Below, one piece after another: positions 60,128 through 64,000 of a stretch of DNA of 64,000 nt (the first letter of the stretch is position 1; every line of letters starts with the position of its first letter). The stretch covers positions 256,001 to 320,000 of the forward strand of contig JBMNLI010000017.1 in the NCBI GenBank assembly GCA_050952645.1, given 5' to 3'. The position numbers and the translations under genes were made by a program. This stretch comes from Bdellovibrionota bacterium (GTDB lineage: Bacteria; Bdellovibrionota_C; UBA2361; CAKMMH01). Below the pieces are notes generated by a model. That model made no database searches. It saw only the letters and a program-made list of their open reading frames with translations, and was not told where the DNA came from.

Positions 60128-61891
60128 TCAACTAAAACTACTAGTGCTATAATCTGATGTATTAGTGCTTTTATTACTTTCAAAACTTTGCGATGAAAAT
60201 AAGGAAGTCGAAGAAACGCTTTCTGCTAAAGATGAACTGCTACTACTAGCTCCACATACCCAATATCTCGTATTAGGATCTTGCCTCCATAAATCTTCCT
60301 TACAACACATATAAACAGCATGAGGCTGATGACTTTCTCGTATAAAACCTATTTGTCCCATAGTTTCTCCATTATTTCGACACGTAGCTGGGTTATCACA
60401 CCATAAATCGCCTTGGGCATTCGTATAAGTTGAACCCTGCGGACAACAACGAGTTATTTGATTTCCATAAGCATCTCTTCTAATAATAGATATCTCTCTT
60501 GAATCGCAACAATCATTGCACGGCTCTTCACATCCCCCATTAAAAGGCACTTGCCAATCTTGGCAACAGAGACTTTCATCAGGATTAGCGCATTTACCAT
60601 TATCACAACACGGTTTATCTCCACACGGCACAGGATCTTCATTAGGGCAGCAAGTATCAGAATTACATTTATTTGGGTCGCAACAAACGTCTCCACACAT
60701 TTCTGTACCTTCACTGCATGAAGAAGAACTGCTACTACTAAAACTAGATGACGAGCTAGAAGAACTGCTTGAACTACTTGGAGATGATGAACTAGAAGAA
60801 GAGCTACTTAAACTAGATGAACTAGGTGAGCTACTCTTACTCGAACTAGAACTTAAAGAGCTAGAAGAATTGCTTTTACTAGAACTACTAGAAGAACTAG
60901 ACGAACTGCTACTACTAGGTGATAATGAACTAGAAGAAGAGCTACTTAAACTAGATGAACTAGGTGAGCTACTCTTACTCGAACTAGAACTTAAAGAGCT
61001 AGAAGAATTGCTTAAACTACTACTTTCTAAGCTTTCGCTCGAAGCTACACTTTCTAAAGAACTCTCACTAGAACTTACACTCTCTTTTATACAATTATAT
61101 ACGATATAAATATCTTCTCCTTCTTCTTGTACTTCTATACTACACGTTTCGCCATCCTCGCAACATAAATGCCCACACTGCCTTTCGGTAGGACACGCTA
61201 AAGAAGCACTAGACAAACTTTCACTGCTTAACGTCTCAGAAGAAAAACTAGATGAGCTTTCACTCACTTTCTCACAACTAGGAATCGGAATAATCTCGCC
61301 GTCTGCATTTTCTTGTAAATACGTTTTACACTCCTCCCCCTCTTCACAACAAAGATAATCACACTGCCTCTCAGGAGGACACGCCGAAGAAAAACTAAAA
61401 GAGCTTTCACTTTCACTCGATAAAACACTTTCAGACGAACTTTCCGAAGAACTCTCACTAGATAAACTACTTTCTGATGAGCTTTCACTCGAGAAAGAAG
61501 AAAAACTTTCACTTATAATAACTGGTGGCAAAGATGATGCTGAAGAACTTTGAGTATCACACCACCAAGCAATAACATTTCCAAGCCCATCGGTCATATA
61601 ACGACACATTCCTTTCTTACAACATAAGCCAAAACAAAAATCTTCATCTGGTTTACAACCCCCAACTGGCACGCTCGAAGTGGAATCTTCACTTTCACTA
61701 GAAAAACTACTACTAGATGGATTTACTGGCGGTAGTGGTGGCTTCTTACTACTACTACTAGACGAACTACTAGAATAAGAACTAGTGCTAGGCGACGTAA
61801 TAGGAGGCTCTGGTGGCAAGCTACTTAAACTACTACTAGAAGACGAACTCTTACTAGAGCTAATTGCTAAAAATAATCGCTTCACAAACAT
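60128..61891 (-). CDS. Cys-rich repeat protein with long poly-Ser linker, copy 2
   Basis: Paralog of 57411-58997; the central Pro/Thr tract is replaced by about 120 residues of mostly Ser. Confidence 0.65.
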   Translation of the reverse strand: MFVKRLFLAISSSKSSSSSSSLSSLPPEPPITSPSTSSYSSSSSSSSSKKPPLPPVNPSSSSFSSESEDSTSSVPVGGCKPDEDFCFGLCCKKGMCRYMTDGLGNVIAWWCDTQSSSASSLPPVIISESFSSFSSESSSESSLSSESSSESSSESVLSSESESSFSFSSACPPERQCDYLCCEEGEECKTYLQENADGEIIPIPSCEKVSESSSSFSSETLSSESLSSASLACPTERQCGHLCCEDGETCSIEVQEEGEDIYIVYNCIKESVSSSESSLESVASSESLESSSLSNSSSSLSSSSSKSSSPSSSSLSSSSSSSLSPSSSSSSSSSSSSSKSNSSSSLSSSSSKSSSPSSSSLSSSSSSSSSPSSSSSSSSSSSSFSSSSSSSCSEGTEMCGDVCCDPNKCNSDTCCPNEDPVPCGDKPCCDNGKCANPDESLCCQDWQVPFNGGCEEPCNDCCDSREISIIRRDAYGNQITRCCPQGSTYTNAQGDLWCDNPATCRNNGETMGQIGFIRESHQPHAVYMCCKEDLWRQDPNTRYWVCGASSSSSSLAESVSSTSLFSSQSFESNKSTNTSDYSTSSFS

Positions 61892-62190
61892 CGAATAATT
61901 TTTAAATATAATTGACTAAAAATTGCTATTTTGAGAGAATGAAAAGAAGTGTCTTAGAAAAGTTTCTTTAAGGCACACTAATTGTTTGAAATCGAAGTTT
62001 TTAAATTTTTAGAAGCTTTGATACGTATTTTTGCGTAGGATTTGCAATATATTTAAAAATAATCTTAAAAAATATTATTGTAATCTAACGCAAAACCTTA
62101 TATAGAACGGTTTTGTATAAGGTTTATATAGAGCGTTCCAAAGATATTCTTAAATATGTTTTACATGTTTGATAACTAGAAAGAAAGAAA

Positions 62191-62904
62191 ATGAATAAGT
62201 TCTCTGTCGTGTCAGCCTTGTTTGTCGTTTCCCTTTGCTTGCTTCTTGGAGGTTGCAAAGAAAAATCACCTAATGATACGAACAAGGAAGCACAGCAAAG
62301 TGTACCTACTGCTTCTGCTCCTGAAGTCAAGAAGCCTCTTTTTAACGAAGGCGATAAGGGAAAAACTGGCGACCCTGAACTCGATAGGATTATCGATGCG
62401 GTTGTAAGTAATGGCTACTACTTTGATATTGAGGCTATCCCCGAGCTTCATGGTCGTGAAAAACCATCAAAAATAACTAGTGGTAGCTCAGCTTTTCGAA
62501 TACTTGATGAAAAGCCAGAAGATTTGGGAGTTTTTTGTGAAACCTCTTGCGCTTTTCAGTTCGATGGTGAATATCGTTTAAGTGGCGTTTGGACCTTCGT
62601 CTGGGCTAATACTAATCAAATACCCTTAATTGAAGGACTAGAAGAAGCTTTACTGCTTCCTAAATTTTTGCATGAAAGGATGCAAAGATTTAGTTATAGA
62701 GATAGGGGAGGCAATCCTGGCGATTTCATCAACAATCACGTCGAAATTCCGCTAGAAGGTGGAATGACCATTGAAAACACTTGGGGAGGGGCTGGCGAAG
62801 CGAAAGAATCTTACCCCCACAAGGAAGTTGTGCGAGTTTTTGTGATTTATAATCACAAATTAAGAAAGATTGTCGGCGTATTTATCGCAAGAGAAGGGAG
62901 CTGA
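62191..62904 (+). CDS. Lipoprotein, divergent member of the array family
   Basis: Lipobox LGGC; shares IIDAV...GY, KP.KI, LGVF and F..DGE...FVW.N.N..PL..G with the other copies. Confidence 0.78.
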   Translation: MNKFSVVSALFVVSLCLLLGGCKEKSPNDTNKEAQQSVPTASAPEVKKPLFNEGDKGKTGDPELDRIIDAVVSNGYYFDIEAIPELHGREKPSKITSGSSAFRILDEKPEDLGVFCETSCAFQFDGEYRLSGVWTFVWANTNQIPLIEGLEEALLLPKFLHERMQRFSYRDRGGNPGDFINNHVEIPLEGGMTIENTWGGAGEAKESYPHKEVVRVFVIYNHKLRKIVGVFIAREGS

Positions 62905-62992
62905 TACGCTCAAAAGCTCCTAGCGCTAATTAACGGCAAATGCTGACACCGATAACGCTTTATTAGTTTTAGTCTGTTAACAGACGCTATTT

Positions 62993-63030
62993 AAGAGAGG
63001 TCGAAAAACATCGATCTCTCTTTTATTTTT
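62993..63030 (+). terminator. Intrinsic terminator
   Basis: AAGAGAG-GTCGA / TCGAT-CTCTCTT followed by a T run. Confidence 0.7.
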
Positions 63031-63352
63031 TCTTTACATCTTAAAAAAACTACCCTCTTAAGTCCTTATCAATTATCCAAAAAACACTTTTACAAATTAT
63101 TTATATATTTTCATTAAAAAAATACTACAGTTTTTACCTTAGAACTCGCAAAATAAATTGACTAATAATTATTATTTTGAGAAAATATTTATAAGTCTTT
63201 AGGTTGTATAATTAGGTTGTATAACTTTAAGGATTTTGGTTTTAAGGCGTATGTTTATGATGCAAAAAATAAACTTTTGCAAAGAAAGAATTTTCTATAT
63301 AGACTATGCCTGTTTTAACACTAAATTAACCTGTAAATCGAGGGATAATAAG

Positions 63353-64000
63353 ATGAAAAAAAGGTTTAACAATCTCACTATGTGCGTGATGATTATTGCT
63401 CTGGTTGCCATCAGCTTGGTAGGATGTGATGGCAAAAAACAAGGCGATGTTAATGGCGAACCTAAAGGAGACGCAATCGTTGCTACCAAAAATGCTCTAG
63501 ATATTGTGCCTCAAGAAAACGAGACGTTGCCTTCCGTTGCTTCTCCTAAAGAAGAAACTTCTAATGTGGCAAATGTTGAGACGCCGATTGCCGAAGCTAA
63601 CGTGGTACAGGATACTCAGCCACAAGCAGGCCAGCAAATTGAGCTTAAGGAAGAGCCAAAAGAAGATGCTTCTGCCGACGATAAACTTCTTACCGAGATT
63701 ATCGATGCGCTTGAAAGCAAAGGCTACTGGCTTAAGGAAGGAATTGAAAAGCCTAAGCGGATAACGTGTTCTACATCAGAAGTCGGTATTATCAAATCTC
63801 CAGAAGGTCTCGGCATCTTTGGTGAACATTATGGAGGCTTTAACTTTGATGGGGAAGCTGTAAAAACAACAGCACCATTTGTTTGGCTAAATAATAATAA
63901 ACAGCCACTTAAAGTTGGTTTTGCCAAACTTTACGATTATGCGACTAACGGTGGTGAAGAGATTGACAAAATCGACGCAACTCTATTTATGCCACTTGGT
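63353..64000 (+). CDS. Lipoprotein, fourth member of the array family (runs off the window)
   Basis: Hand translation MKKRFNN...SLVGC...EIIDALESKGYW..KPKRITCSTS..PEGLGIFG..FNFDGE..FVWLNNNKQPLKVG; no stop before the window end. Confidence 0.8.
   Translation, partial: MKKRFNNLTMCVMIIALVAISLVGCDGKKQGDVNGEPKGDAIVATKNALDIVPQENETLPSVASPKEETSNVANVETPIAEANVVQDTQPQAGQQIELKEEPKEDASADDKLLTEIIDALESKGYWLKEGIEKPKRITCSTSEVGIIKSPEGLGIFGEHYGGFNFDGEAVKTTAPFVWLNNNKQPLKVGFAKLYDYATNGGEEIDKIDATLFMPLG

Larger units (their letters stand above)
56336..61947. repeat. Tandem duplication of a ~2.7-2.9-kb unit (lipoprotein plus convergent Cys-rich gene)
   Basis: The junction motif ATAATTGACTAAAAATTGCTATTTTGAGAGAATGAAAAGA occurs at 56336, 59014 and 61908 (offsets 2678 and 2894); the ORFs are paralogous. 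Confidence 0.92.

Noticed and set aside
60516..61109. 197-aa Leu/Glu-rich ORF on the + strand, and similar antisense ORFs (21981-22469, 57799-58245, 19039-19473)
   Set aside because: These are shadow frames of low-complexity or well-supported genes on the opposite strand.
56336..63030. Integron cassette array
   Set aside because: The intergenic hairpins lack attC RYYYAAC/GTTRRRY ends, the genes are convergent with their own promoter motif, and no integrase is seen.
63504..63764. 86-aa ORF from the track
   Set aside because: It is an out-of-frame overlap of the lipoprotein ORF starting at 63353, which runs off the window.

Overview
This 64-kb chromosomal window comes from an AT-rich (roughly 30% GC by eye), flagellated diderm bacterium. 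Gene content suggests a Bdellovibrionota or deltaproteobacterial-like lineage (inference). Housekeeping genes include pfk, fmt, trxA, prmA, glnS, nrdR, glyA, acpP and metG. Flagellar genes are scattered: fliW, csrA, three minimal ~286-aa flagellins, flgE and a lytic transglycosylase, with three sigma54 promoters. The main points of interest are: (1) a compact non-flagellar type III secretion-like operon headed by a FliA-like sigma factor, with sctJ, sctQ, an sctF-like gene, a shortened sctV and a TPR lipoprotein, and no secretin in view; (2) an RRM-ribosomal protein S18 fusion; (3) a GC-richer tandem array of paralogous lipoproteins interleaved with Cys-rich proteins that carry swapped linkers; (4) a FabF with its catalytic Cys replaced by Phe; (5) two MITE families with 8-bp and 6-bp target-site duplications; (6) CsrA-type hairpins plus an inverted repeat bracketing the third flagellin; (7) a dead BsuBI/PstI-type restriction-modification island; and (8) pervasive 10-15-nt microduplications. 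I saw no rRNA, tRNA or CRISPR array. Family assignments come from motif recognition, not database searches.
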